From NCBI GenBank assembly GCA_038205935.1, contig JBBRBK010000005.1, forward strand, positions 1 through 64,000: a stretch of DNA of 64,000 nucleotides. The letters run 5' to 3'. The first letter of the stretch is position 1; each line of letters begins with the position of its first letter. The notes beneath the pieces are model-generated. The model made no database searches. It saw nothing but the letters and a program-made list of their open reading frames with translations, and was not told the origin of the DNA. A program made the position numbers and the translations under genes. The DNA comes from Campylobacterales bacterium (GTDB lineage Bacteria > Campylobacterota > Campylobacteria > Campylobacterales > Sulfurimonadaceae). This document shows, piece by piece, positions 20,639-30,210 of the stretch.

Positions 20639-23362
20639 CTACTTCAGCTCGCCCCAGTTATCTCCGATGTTTAGAGATGCACGTAACGGAATTTTGAGCT
20701 CATAAATAGTTTCCATAATCTTCTGAAATCTCTTACCAAGCTCCTCGGCTACATCAACATCGACTTCAAATATCAATTCATCATGAATCTGAAGCAACAT
20801 TTTCGCTCTTAAGTTTTCCTCTCTTATAATCGTATCTATCTTGTTCATAGAAAGCTTTATAAGATCCGCCGCACTTCCTTGGAACTTCGTATTGACACTT
20901 TCTCTCTCATAAGCGGCGCGAAGCATCGGAGTGGCTTTTGCGTAATCAAAATAGCGTCTTCTACGAAGCAAAGTCTCAACATAGCCCTTCTCTTTTGAGT
21001 CTTCAACAATGCTAGAAAAATAATTTTTTACACTGGAAAAGTTCTCAAAATAAGTCGTAATGATCTCTTTTGCTTCTTTGCCGCTAATATCAAGCGTATC
21101 GGAGAGTTTTTTTTGTCCCATTCCGTATAAAAGTCCGAAGTTTACGGTCTTTGCGATGTTTCTTTTTGCCGCGGCTTCTTCGCCGAAAAGCACTTTTGCG
21201 GTTGCTAGGTGGATATCTTGATCTTCTTGGAACGCTTTTACCAAAACCGGATCTTCACTAAAATGTGCAAGAAGTCTCAGCTCAATTTGTGAATAATCAA
21301 TGCCGATAAGTTTTTTCCCTTTTGGTGCTGTAAAAGCTTGACGGATTTTTACACCAAGATCACTTCGCGCGGGGATATTTTGCAAGTTTGGATTTTTTGA
21401 ACTCAGACGTCCAGTTGCCGTTCCCGTATGGATAAATGAAGTATGAACACGACTGTCTTCACTCTCACGAGAAAGTTTTAAAAGTGGTTCTATATACGTT
21501 GAGTAAAGCTTGTGAACTTCGCGGTATTCTAAAATGTATTTGATCACTTCGTGCTTCTCTATAAGTGAACTAAGCACAGCTTCATCTGTAGAATAGCCAG
21601 TTTTTGTCTTCTTTCCTGCGGGTAATCCAAGCGTCTCAAAGAGCACTGTTCCAAGTTGTGCAGGAGAGTTGAGATTAAACTCGCATCCACTGAGCGTATA
21701 GACTTCATGCGTGAGTTCAGCGAGTCGTATTTTCACCTCATCCAAAAACTTTTCTAAAAACGCACCCTCCACTTTTATCCCCTTTTGCTCCATTCTCAGC
21801 AGTGTTGTGACAAAAGGAAACTCTACACGGGTGGCTTCATCCAAAAGATATTCTGTATCATTGAGTTTGAATTTTTGAACTAAAAGATTATAGAGTCTGA
21901 GCGTTATCAGAGCATCTTCTGCGGCATATTGACACGCATCTTCAATCTCAACTGAAGCAAAAGTTTCCCCTTTTTTGACAGTATCTTTAAAAGAGATCAT
22001 CGTGTGGTTTAACATATTTGATGAAAGATAATCGAGAGAGAGTTTGCCCTCGGGATTTAAAAGCCAAGCAAGAATCATAGAATCTGCAAAAATTTCCAAA
22101 TCTTGATCTAAAAACTTCGTTACAAAGTGAAGATCGAACTTTAAATTATGCCCAACAACCTTACATGTAAAGATTTTTCTCATTGCATCTTTGGCACTTT
22201 GTTGATCTATCTGCTCTGGCGCACCGAGATAATTATGTGCTAGGGGAACATAATAAGCCTCGTTTTCATTGACACAAAAACTAAAGCCCACAAGCGTATC
22301 ATTATAATAGTCAAGCCCCGTAGTTTCCGTGTCAAAGGCTACAATATCCTTACATGTAAGGCTCGATAAAACTTTTTCAAGCTCGGCTTTATCTGTTAGA
22401 AGTGTTGTTTTAAAATCTTCAAGTTTTGGCTCTTTGATAGTCTCAAAAACTACTTCAACGCCCTGTTTTAGAGTTGGAGTTTTGTTCTCTTGGACTATCC
22501 CTTTTGCGTGGAGTGTTCGAAGGATTGCATTCATCTCATAGTATACAAGTTCATCATAAATCGGCACAAAAGGGTTCTCAAAATGCATCGTATACTCTTC
22601 AAAATCCAGCTCTTCAAATACGTCATTTTTAAGCGTAACGAGTTCTTTGGACATATAAGCATTTGGTTTATTTTCTACTAGTTTTTTCTGTACTCCAGCG
22701 GGCATTACACTCTCTATGTTTTCATAGATTCCATCCAGACTTTTGTAAGACTCGATGAGTTTTTGCGCCGTAACTTTTCCTATACCTCTGACTCCAGGAA
22801 CATTATCGGCGCTGTCGCCCAAAAGTGACTGAAAATCTATAAACTGTTTAGGCGTAACGCCATACTTTTGCATACACTCATCTTCATTGATTGTTTTTCT
22901 TTTGATGGCATCGACGAGTACGACTTTATCATCATCTATGAGTTGATAGAGATCTTTATCATGCGAGACAACTTTGACGTTATAGCCCTTTTGCATTGAG
23001 AGTTTCGTAACTGTAGCGATCATATCATCAGCTTCAAAACCCGTCATTCCAAGGGTTTTAAATCCCATCTTTTCTATCCATTCTATGGCGATTGGAAGTT
23101 GAAGCGTAAGTTCATGCGGAGGCGCACTTCGGTTTGCTTTGTAGTTTGGATCTATCTCATTTCTAAAAGTATTACCCTTAGAATCTATGGCAAAAACAAG
23201 ATAATCACAACTATGCTCTTTTTGAAGTGAAGAGATGAAATTTGTAAAACCGGTCAAAAGCCCTGTAGGAAAACCATCTTTGTTGCTAAGATGCTGAGGA
23301 AGTGCGTAAAAACTTCTAAAAAAGAATCCGAAAGTATCGATAATTGTTACAGTTTTTGCCAT
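20639..23362 (-). CDS. polA: DNA polymerase I
   Basis: 5'-3' exonuclease (YKANR, EADD, GDSADNVPGV), DTETTG, DYSQIELR, KTVNFGLLYG, QIHDEL. Start taken at MAKTVT. Confidence 0.97.
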   Translation of the reverse strand: MAKTVTIIDTFGFFFRSFYALPQHLSNKDGFPTGLLTGFTNFISSLQKEHSCDYLVFAIDSKGNTFRNEIDPNYKANRSAPPHELTLQLPIAIEWIEKMGFKTLGMTGFEADDMIATVTKLSMQKGYNVKVVSHDKDLYQLIDDDKVVLVDAIKRKTINEDECMQKYGVTPKQFIDFQSLLGDSADNVPGVRGIGKVTAQKLIESYKSLDGIYENIESVMPAGVQKKLVENKPNAYMSKELVTLKNDVFEELDFEEYTMHFENPFVPIYDELVYYEMNAILRTLHAKGIVQENKTPTLKQGVEVVFETIKEPKLEDFKTTLLTDKAELEKVLSSLTCKDIVAFDTETTGLDYYNDTLVGFSFCVNENEAYYVPLAHNYLGAPEQIDQQSAKDAMRKIFTCKVVGHNLKFDLHFVTKFLDQDLEIFADSMILAWLLNPEGKLSLDYLSSNMLNHTMISFKDTVKKGETFASVEIEDACQYAAEDALITLRLYNLLVQKFKLNDTEYLLDEATRVEFPFVTTLLRMEQKGIKVEGAFLEKFLDEVKIRLAELTHEVYTLSGCEFNLNSPAQLGTVLFETLGLPAGKKTKTGYSTDEAVLSSLIEKHEVIKYILEYREVHKLYSTYIEPLLKLSRESEDSRVHTSFIHTGTATGRLSSKNPNLQNIPARSDLGVKIRQAFTAPKGKKLIGIDYSQIELRLLAHFSEDPVLVKAFQEDQDIHLATAKVLFGEEAAAKRNIAKTVNFGLLYGMGQKKLSDTLDISGKEAKEIITTYFENFSSVKNYFSSIVEDSKEKGYVETLLRRRRYFDYAKATPMLRAAYERESVNTKFQGSAADLIKLSMNKIDTIIREENLRAKMLLQIHDELIFEVDVDVAEELGKRFQKIMETIYELKIPLRASLNIGDNWGELK

Positions 23363-23509
23363 GAAAATCTCTTTGTATAGTTTTTGTGTAAGTATATCCA
23401 ATCATAATTTATCTACTTCTTTATCCTCATACTAGAAAAAAGAACATTTTAAGTGAAAAAAAATTATAATCCAATTCTAAAAAGATTTAAAGCAAGAGGA
23501 ATTTAACTA

Positions 23510-24166
23510 ATGTACTGTTTATCAAAGAAAAAAGCTAATGTACTTTTCACTATGACTGCTTTTTTATTTGCATCTCTTTCTTTGTTTGTTAAGATGGATT
23601 TTTTTTACAACTTCGATAATCAAATGTATCTCTTTTTTCAGGCAAAAAAAGATTCTTTTTTATACCAATTTTCTCAAATTTTTACTATTTTTTCAGGTAC
23701 GACTTTTAGTATTCTTCTCTTTCTTATTCTCATTGTTCTATTTATTAAGCGTAAACTTTATCAGGAAGCTTTTTTTTCTTTGATTATTTTCTTTATTGCT
23801 GGGACAAGTGGTCTTATTTTTAAATATTCTCTCCTTGTTGAAAGACCTCACTCATATATTTCTGGATTGACAGGCTACTCGTATCCTTCAGGTCACGTCA
23901 TATTAGCCACAACTTTTGTTTTTATATTTTATGTAGCTATAATAAATCTAATTCAAAATACCACTCTCAAAAAAATAATCTTATTACTACTGACTCTCTA
24001 TTTATTCTCGACATTGGCTGCTCGAGTTATATTAGGAGCACATTGGTTCTCTGACGCTATAGGAGGATTGTTAGCAGGCTTATTATCATTCTCCATTAGT
24101 TGTATACTTTATAAACGTTTTGAAAATATTCCTTTATCATATTTTCAGTATATAAAAAAAATCTGA
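23510..24166 (+). CDS. PAP2 family phosphatase (possible undecaprenyl-PP phosphatase)
   Basis: K..LVERP, YSYPSGH, ARVILGAHWFSD; several TMs. Confidence 0.85.
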   Translation: MYCLSKKKANVLFTMTAFLFASLSLFVKMDFFYNFDNQMYLFFQAKKDSFLYQFSQIFTIFSGTTFSILLFLILIVLFIKRKLYQEAFFSLIIFFIAGTSGLIFKYSLLVERPHSYISGLTGYSYPSGHVILATTFVFIFYVAIINLIQNTTLKKIILLLLTLYLFSTLAARVILGAHWFSDAIGGLLAGLLSFSISCILYKRFENIPLSYFQYIKKI

Positions 24167-24219
24167 AATAAGAATTTTTTATCTGCTATGATATAATTAC
24201 ACAAATTTAGGAGAGTCCT

Positions 24220-25224
24220 ATGCAAGCCATCTGGTACAGTAAATCCATATTTTTTTTAATGCTAGTGAGTGTTCTTTTTAACGGTTGTGCAAAAACACAA
24301 GAGGAAAAAGAGCTCAAAACTGATGGAGATAAAGTCAGTATCAACCTTGAAGCCACTGTTTTTCCATCTCAAGAACAACAAGTCATAGCTTCCGCAGGTG
24401 GATATGTTAAAAAAGTTTATGTAAGAAATGGTGATAGAGTCAAAAGTGGGGACATCCTCTACGCACTTGATAAAGAGTCTCTACGCTATGATCTTCAAGG
24501 TGCAAGATCTGAGCTTACTTCTTTAGAAGGAATGCGTTCAGCAGCTTGGAATGCCTATCATTCCAAAGCAAATATCTCCGCTGTTAATCTTGCAGCATCT
24601 GAATTACAAGATGTATCTCAACTAAAATCACAAGGATATACTAACAGCTTCGATGAAAATAATTACAAAAAAAATTATATCAATGCTATTACTACTCAAA
24701 AGAATGATCAGATAAACAACTATGAGAAAGTCAAAAATCTTGATGCAACCATTGCCACTAGAAGATCCAATATAAAAAAGATGCAGTATGAGCTAGACCA
24801 CTCAAGTGGGACTGCAGAGGTTGGTGGATTTGTTGCTGGTCTCAATATCACAGCAGGACAATCGATCAACACTGATGCAAAAATATGTTCTATCGTAGAT
24901 ATTGATCATGTCATAGTTCGCGGTGGCTTTGCAACAGGACTTTTACCGTTTATTCATCCAAAACAAAGAGTCGAAATCAGCTTTGTCACAACTCCTCCAT
25001 ATAGGACAGTAGCTTATGTCACTCAGGTAAATCCTATAGTAGATCCAAAGTTTGATAATATGACTCTTGATATAGAAGTTCCAAATAACAACTATATTTT
25101 GCAAGCAAATACTAGAGCACTAGTTAAAATCGACCTTCCAAAAGAGGGACAAAAAACAGTCAAAGAGTATTTTATGAATAAAAATGACAAAAGTGGTATT
25201 TATCAAGTGAAGTCCACTAACTAA
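24220..25224 (+). CDS. HlyD/RND-type periplasmic adaptor (MFP) lipoprotein
   Basis: Lipobox FNGC; lipoyl-like GYVKKVYVRNGDRVKSGDILY; helical hairpin; VNPIVDP beta barrel. Confidence 0.8.
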   Translation: MQAIWYSKSIFFLMLVSVLFNGCAKTQEEKELKTDGDKVSINLEATVFPSQEQQVIASAGGYVKKVYVRNGDRVKSGDILYALDKESLRYDLQGARSELTSLEGMRSAAWNAYHSKANISAVNLAASELQDVSQLKSQGYTNSFDENNYKKNYINAITTQKNDQINNYEKVKNLDATIATRRSNIKKMQYELDHSSGTAEVGGFVAGLNITAGQSINTDAKICSIVDIDHVIVRGGFATGLLPFIHPKQRVEISFVTTPPYRTVAYVTQVNPIVDPKFDNMTLDIEVPNNNYILQANTRALVKIDLPKEGQKTVKEYFMNKNDKSGIYQVKSTN

Positions 25225-26645
25225 TCTTTATATAAATAAACCCTTCCAAGAGGAAGGGGCATAGCATTCAAGCCATCTTTTTCATACTCAAGCTTCACTG
25301 TCACCTCTGCATCTAAACTTTTTATCCACTGCTTCGTATACGCATCATAGATCAAACTTTTTCCTGCCAGCCATTTTGAGTTAAGCTTTAAATATTTCTC
25401 TCCTGTGTAGGAGCTAGAAACTAGGACAAAACCTTTTGTAAAAAATCGTATATATCCATGGATGACACCCACTTTTTCGTAACTCTTGCCTAGTGGCTTA
25501 CCCAGATCATAAAAGTAGATATCATCTTGTTCCAACTCAGAGTTATAGGGAACCTGTGCATATACGATGTTATCTGTCAACTTGCCCATCGCATAGCCAT
25601 AATAGATCCCATTTTTAGGTTGACTTAGACGATACACTTTACTGCCGGGATAAAGAATTTCATATTTTGGTCCTAAATAATTGAGATAGATAAAATTTTC
25701 AAAACCATATTTTTTATATTTTTCTTTATAGCTCGTTAAAAGATCTATATATTTAATGGAATCATCAATTGTTTTAGAGTTATTATATATGGGAAAGTAC
25801 TTTGTTGTTTGAATATTTTCTACCCATCCTTTCCCTTCAACCTGAATGGATCTTTTTTCGTCATTTGTAGATGTAATATAACTTTCTGTCATATCATACT
25901 TGATATAAGGCAAAAGATATTTATCTTGTCTAAAAGCTTGATTTGTTATAAAAAAAACTCCTAACTCTTTTAATTTTTTATAAAAATTACCAATGATTTC
26001 ATAATAGTTTTTATGGGGATTGAGTCTTTTAAAATTATCAAGTATTATCTTGTATTTTGCATCTTCAATATACTTGCCATCAGCCCAATCGAAAAAGAGG
26101 CCATTAAGCCCACTTGCTTTCATGTCTGCTTGCAACTGCTCTATTTTGTAATCAAATACTTTTTTGTTTGCTAGATTATAATAATAATCATGACACCATT
26201 CATAGTGGCTTTCTTCAGAATGTAAAAATGGGCCATCAGGATTTAATGTTGCACTTTTTTTATTTTGATATATCCAATTAACTATAGGACGATTCTCTCC
26301 GCTAAGATAATAATAAAATGCAGGCATCCAGTCATATCCCAGACGATGCTCAACAAAAGCTAGCCCTGCTTTTTGAACTTTTTGAGAACTGATTCGCTTA
26401 TCATCGACTCCCCCAAACTCTACAACACTAAATCGCTTTGCCCATGCTACTTCATTCTCTCCATTAAACAGTGAAGCTATTGCGAATTCACCTTTCTTTT
26501 TACTCACTTTCAAGGAGCTTGTTTTAGAGCTTTTAAGCGTGTGAAACTCGCTTTTAGACACAAACTGTGAGCTAACATCTGGTAACGCATAAATGGATGT
26601 ATGATATAAAAAAGTTGAAATGACAACCAAAAGAACTGGCTTCAT
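25221..26645 (-). CDS. Secreted putative TIM-barrel glycoside hydrolase (PelA-hydrolase/GH114/GHL15-like)
   Basis: Signal peptide; GLNGLFFDWAD, TNQAF, TESY, DLGKPLG...RFFTKGFVLV. Confidence 0.55.
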   Translation of the reverse strand: MKPVLLVVISTFLYHTSIYALPDVSSQFVSKSEFHTLKSSKTSSLKVSKKKGEFAIASLFNGENEVAWAKRFSVVEFGGVDDKRISSQKVQKAGLAFVEHRLGYDWMPAFYYYLSGENRPIVNWIYQNKKSATLNPDGPFLHSEESHYEWCHDYYYNLANKKVFDYKIEQLQADMKASGLNGLFFDWADGKYIEDAKYKIILDNFKRLNPHKNYYEIIGNFYKKLKELGVFFITNQAFRQDKYLLPYIKYDMTESYITSTNDEKRSIQVEGKGWVENIQTTKYFPIYNNSKTIDDSIKYIDLLTSYKEKYKKYGFENFIYLNYLGPKYEILYPGSKVYRLSQPKNGIYYGYAMGKLTDNIVYAQVPYNSELEQDDIYFYDLGKPLGKSYEKVGVIHGYIRFFTKGFVLVSSSYTGEKYLKLNSKWLAGKSLIYDAYTKQWIKSLDAEVTVKLEYEKDGLNAMPLPLGRVYLYKD

Positions 26646-27541
26646 TTCATAAGGTCCTTCAATCTGATATTTTTACTAATAAAAATAGGATAAAAAAGGA
26701 TAAAGTCCACAAGAAGTAATATCATATGATAGAGAGTTGCACTCATAAGTGCATCCTCTTTTGGAACTCCATGCGCAGTTAAAATAAATACAACAGCGCC
26801 CTCAAATGCACCAATACCAGCAGGTGCTAAAGGAATTGCAAAAGCTATACTTGAGACAATAAAGAGTTACAAGATAGTGCTCAAACTAAGACCAAAATGA
26901 ACGCCATACTTAAAAAAAAGTATGTTGCTAAGTAAATACACAAACCATATATACAGTGTATATGCAAATATCCCTAGTGAGGATTTAAATAAAAGATTGA
27001 TATTTTTATAGATTTTTTGTGTATAGACTCTAAAAAATTGTATAGGTATCTTTTTTAAAAAAACTAATACATATTTTGTATTGAAAACAAGTACCACAAA
27101 TATTATGAACACTGAAAGTAAAACAATGGACTGCTTTAAAAGTTCATTTGTAAAATATCCATACGCCCATAAACAGATCAATAGAAATAAAACAATCACA
27201 TCAAAAAATCTTTCGATAAGCATAATAGATAAGGCTTTATTGTAATTAAATTTATAGAATTTTTTTAAATACAAAGCCTTTGATAATTCACCCAATTTGG
27301 CAGGTAGGATAACGTTTAACATGCTTGAAACAACCATAGTTTCATAGGATATTTTAAAAGAAAGTTTAGACATCATTTGCCATCGTTGGGCCACAACGAT
27401 CTGCCCTAGTACAATGGAAATAAAAGTTAAAATTATTCCAAATATGTAAAATATAGACAAATCTATTTCTTTTAGATCTAAACCATGAAAAAGATAATAG
27501 GCGATGAGGATAAAAAAAGTAATCTGTATTAACTTATGCAT
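26642..27541 (-). pseudogene. Lysylphosphatidylglycerol-synthase-TM (UPF0104) flippase-like gene with one in-frame TAA at 26869-26867
   Basis: NVILPAKLGELSK and ERFFD before the stop. The same frame continues LFIVSSIAFAIPLAPAGIGAFEGAVV... to TGA 26644-26642, overlapping the next ATG. Confidence 0.85.
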
Positions 27542-28283
27542 GGATAATCTCGTGTAATTTATTTATTGTAGATCCGTTACTGTAAAAAGCTAAAAAATAA
27601 TCCACATTAAACTTTGCATTTTTTTGAAAACTCCGTATCATATTTGTATCCATTAGTTCATAAGGATGTATATATAAAGTTGGTTTCTCAATTCTTTTAA
27701 ATAATCTTTTTAAAAGCCATAAGGGAAGTACACGCAAATAGAATCCTCCACTAAATGGGATAAAGTCTCTTTTGACTGGTCTTTCTTCTATTAAACCCGA
27801 TTGTGTATAAATGTTAAAAGGTTCTTTCTTATTTATTTCATTTCCGTACATGTAATTCTTCATAGGGAAGTAGGAGGAAGAATAAAGAAATCCCATTTTC
27901 ACTAACTCTTCATAATATCTTTTTTCAAAAGGCATAGACCAATTAACAGCACGATATCCTACAATTTTTTTACAAATCAGATCTTCAAGATAATTTTTTG
28001 CCGTTTGTATTTCATCTTTCCAAGTCTCAAAAGAAATATTATAAATCAACTCATGATAATAGCCATGACACCCTATTTCAATACCCGCATCTGATATTTT
28101 TTTTATCAAATACGGAAATTTTTTTGCAAATGTTACCAATACAAATGCCGTTGCGCGACGATTTTGAGCAAGCTCAATAAAAATATCAATCATCTTTTCA
28201 TACTCTATCTCTGGTTTGGACGTCCATTTTATATCAAAATTCATATCTTGAATTTCTTCCACATCAATCGTAAGCCACATCAT
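27534..28283 (-). CDS. Polysaccharide deacetylase (CE4, DUF3473-type)
   Basis: LTIDVEE, EIGCHGYYH, GYRA, YSSS, SGGFYLR, YIHPYE. Confidence 0.85.
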   Translation of the reverse strand: MMWLTIDVEEIQDMNFDIKWTSKPEIEYEKMIDIFIELAQNRRATAFVLVTFAKKFPYLIKKISDAGIEIGCHGYYHELIYNISFETWKDEIQTAKNYLEDLICKKIVGYRAVNWSMPFEKRYYEELVKMGFLYSSSYFPMKNYMYGNEINKKEPFNIYTQSGLIEERPVKRDFIPFSGGFYLRVLPLWLLKRLFKRIEKPTLYIHPYELMDTNMIRSFQKNAKFNVDYFLAFYSNGSTINKLHEIIHA

Positions 28284-29200
28284 AAATCCACCAAATATTT
28301 ACAAAGTTTTGGTCCCATAAAGTCAACCAAAATTTTTGGAAGTTTTTTCCATACATTTGACGCTAAAGAGTATTTTTCGTAAATATCTTCTTGCTCAGAA
28401 CAAATAATATCTATCTTCACAGGCAAAGCTCCAAATTGAAGTTTAAAGTCATACGTAGGTCCTCCATAAGAGGATCTACCAAAATCAAATATCTTTACAT
28501 GTAAGCGATCACACATATCTTGTAGTACACTCCAATAGATGTAATATCCCGCCATTTTTTTTGTGTAGTTTGGATCAACACCACCCCATGGATACCATGC
28601 AAGATCTCCATCTAAAATAATACACATAGATGCTATTACACTAGTGCCATCATAGAGGTTGTAAAATACAATCTGATCTTGAAACTCATCTCTTAAGTAT
28701 ATAAATAATTTTTTATCTAATACAGGAGTACCATGCTTATGCACCGTCTCTGAAAAGATCTTATAAAAATCATCTATATCTTGCTGTGCGTTTCCATAGG
28801 CAAATGAGAAGTTGTTTTTTTTCAAACTATTTTTGATCTTATTTCTACATCTTGATTTAATATTTTCATTGAAAAGTTCTTGACTACTTTTTCCTTCAAG
28901 AAATAATCGCATCGTTACCGTATCACTTTTTTTATAATCTTTGTACTCAAAGTTTAGTGTTTTAATCTGAAAGTGATTATCTTTTCCGAGTTCAAGAAGA
29001 TCAGCAATATTTTGATGAGTTCTATCTGAATAACTAAGTAAAGGAAGATAAGAAAGTGTTTTTTTTCCAATGATTGAGGAAACAACTAGAAAATCCATAT
29101 AGCTTTTATATGCATACAATTCCTGTAATACTTTAGTAAACTTTTTAATAAAAGACTGGGAATGAAGCAGTTTTAAAGAGCTATTCACATTTTGTTGCAT
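28280..29200 (-). CDS. FemAB-related GNAT protein
   Basis: RNKIKNS, HGTPV, YPWGG, FDFGRS, YDFKLQFGA. Start uncertain (29200 or 29236). Confidence 0.75.
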   Translation of the reverse strand: MQQNVNSSLKLLHSQSFIKKFTKVLQELYAYKSYMDFLVVSSIIGKKTLSYLPLLSYSDRTHQNIADLLELGKDNHFQIKTLNFEYKDYKKSDTVTMRLFLEGKSSQELFNENIKSRCRNKIKNSLKKNNFSFAYGNAQQDIDDFYKIFSETVHKHGTPVLDKKLFIYLRDEFQDQIVFYNLYDGTSVIASMCIILDGDLAWYPWGGVDPNYTKKMAGYYIYWSVLQDMCDRLHVKIFDFGRSSYGGPTYDFKLQFGALPVKIDIICSEQEDIYEKYSLASNVWKKLPKILVDFMGPKLCKYLVDL

Positions 29201-29507
29201 TATGCTTTGCACCTTCACGAATGATTTGTGTAACAACTGTATTGCTATTCATCTGCCCTACATACAGGACTATATTTATAAGACTTGTAATAGCAATAAC
29301 AATATAAACAACAAGATCGGTTCCATTTTTAATAGAAAAGAAATGTGCAACTTCATCTGCTAATGATGGGTTTAAAATAAAAAGAAATAATATAAAATAT
29401 CCCGTTAGAACGCCCATTTTTTGAAATATTTTCAACCTTTGTGAGAAGGAGAATACAATAAATACAATTGTTAAAACAGCAAGTAAAAATATCTTTAAAA
29501 AAATCAT
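29181..29507 (-). CDS. DUF2304 small membrane protein (GacJ/Rv3632-like)
   Basis: Three TMs; PSLADEVAHFFSIKNGTDLVVY; directly follows a DPM-like GT2. Confidence 0.75.
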   Translation of the reverse strand: MIFLKIFLLAVLTIVFIVFSFSQRLKIFQKMGVLTGYFILFLFILNPSLADEVAHFFSIKNGTDLVVYIVIAITSLINIVLYVGQMNSNTVVTQIIREGAKHNATKCE

Positions 29508-30202
29508 TTTACTAAACTCCCAACAAAATAATCTAAGACAATATTAATACTGTTCCACATCGATTGTCCTTTTTGGATTGAGTACTCTGTATAGCGGATG
29601 TTACATGGCATCTCCACATAGCGCATCTTTAATCCTTGGATTATGCTAATAATCTCGGATGCATGTGCCATTCTATTTTGAGTAATTTTAAAATTTGGAA
29701 ATGCTGCGATATTAATCGCTCGAAGCCCATTATGAGAATCTGTCAACATAAGTCCCGTTGTTGTCCAAGTAAAAATTCTCGATGCCTTTAGAAGATACTT
29801 CTTTCTAGTTGGCATGTTTTGTGTTTCTCCTAAAAATCTTGATCCAAGCACAATATCCACTTTATTTTCTTGAAGTACACTGACAAAAGATTTAATATCT
29901 AAAGGATCATGTTGTCCATCAGAATCAAAAGTCACGGCGTACTTGCATCCAAGTTGTCTAGCATATTCAATCCCAGTTTGCAAAGCTGCTCCCTGCCCTA
30001 GATTTACAACATGACGAAGCAGATAGACTCCTTTGAGACAAGCCGCCTGATAACTACGATCTTCCGAGCAATCATCTACAACAATAATAGCGAAAGCGGG
30101 ATACTGTTTTTGCAGCTCTGCCAAGACATCTCCAATAACAACTACCTCGTTATAAAGTGGGATTACAATGGCTATTTCACTACTATTTTGCACCATCTTC
30201 AA
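29504..30202 (-). CDS. GT2 polyprenol-phosphate glycosyltransferase (DPM1/GacI-like)
   Basis: IPLYNE, VVDDCSED, NLGQGAALQTG, FDSDGQH, GSRF, DSHNGLRA. Confidence 0.9.
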   Translation of the reverse strand: MKMVQNSSEIAIVIPLYNEVVVIGDVLAELQKQYPAFAIIVVDDCSEDRSYQAACLKGVYLLRHVVNLGQGAALQTGIEYARQLGCKYAVTFDSDGQHDPLDIKSFVSVLQENKVDIVLGSRFLGETQNMPTRKKYLLKASRIFTWTTTGLMLTDSHNGLRAINIAAFPNFKITQNRMAHASEIISIIQGLKMRYVEMPCNIRYTEYSIQKGQSMWNSINIVLDYFVGSLVK

Positions 30203-30210
30203 TTCCTTTT

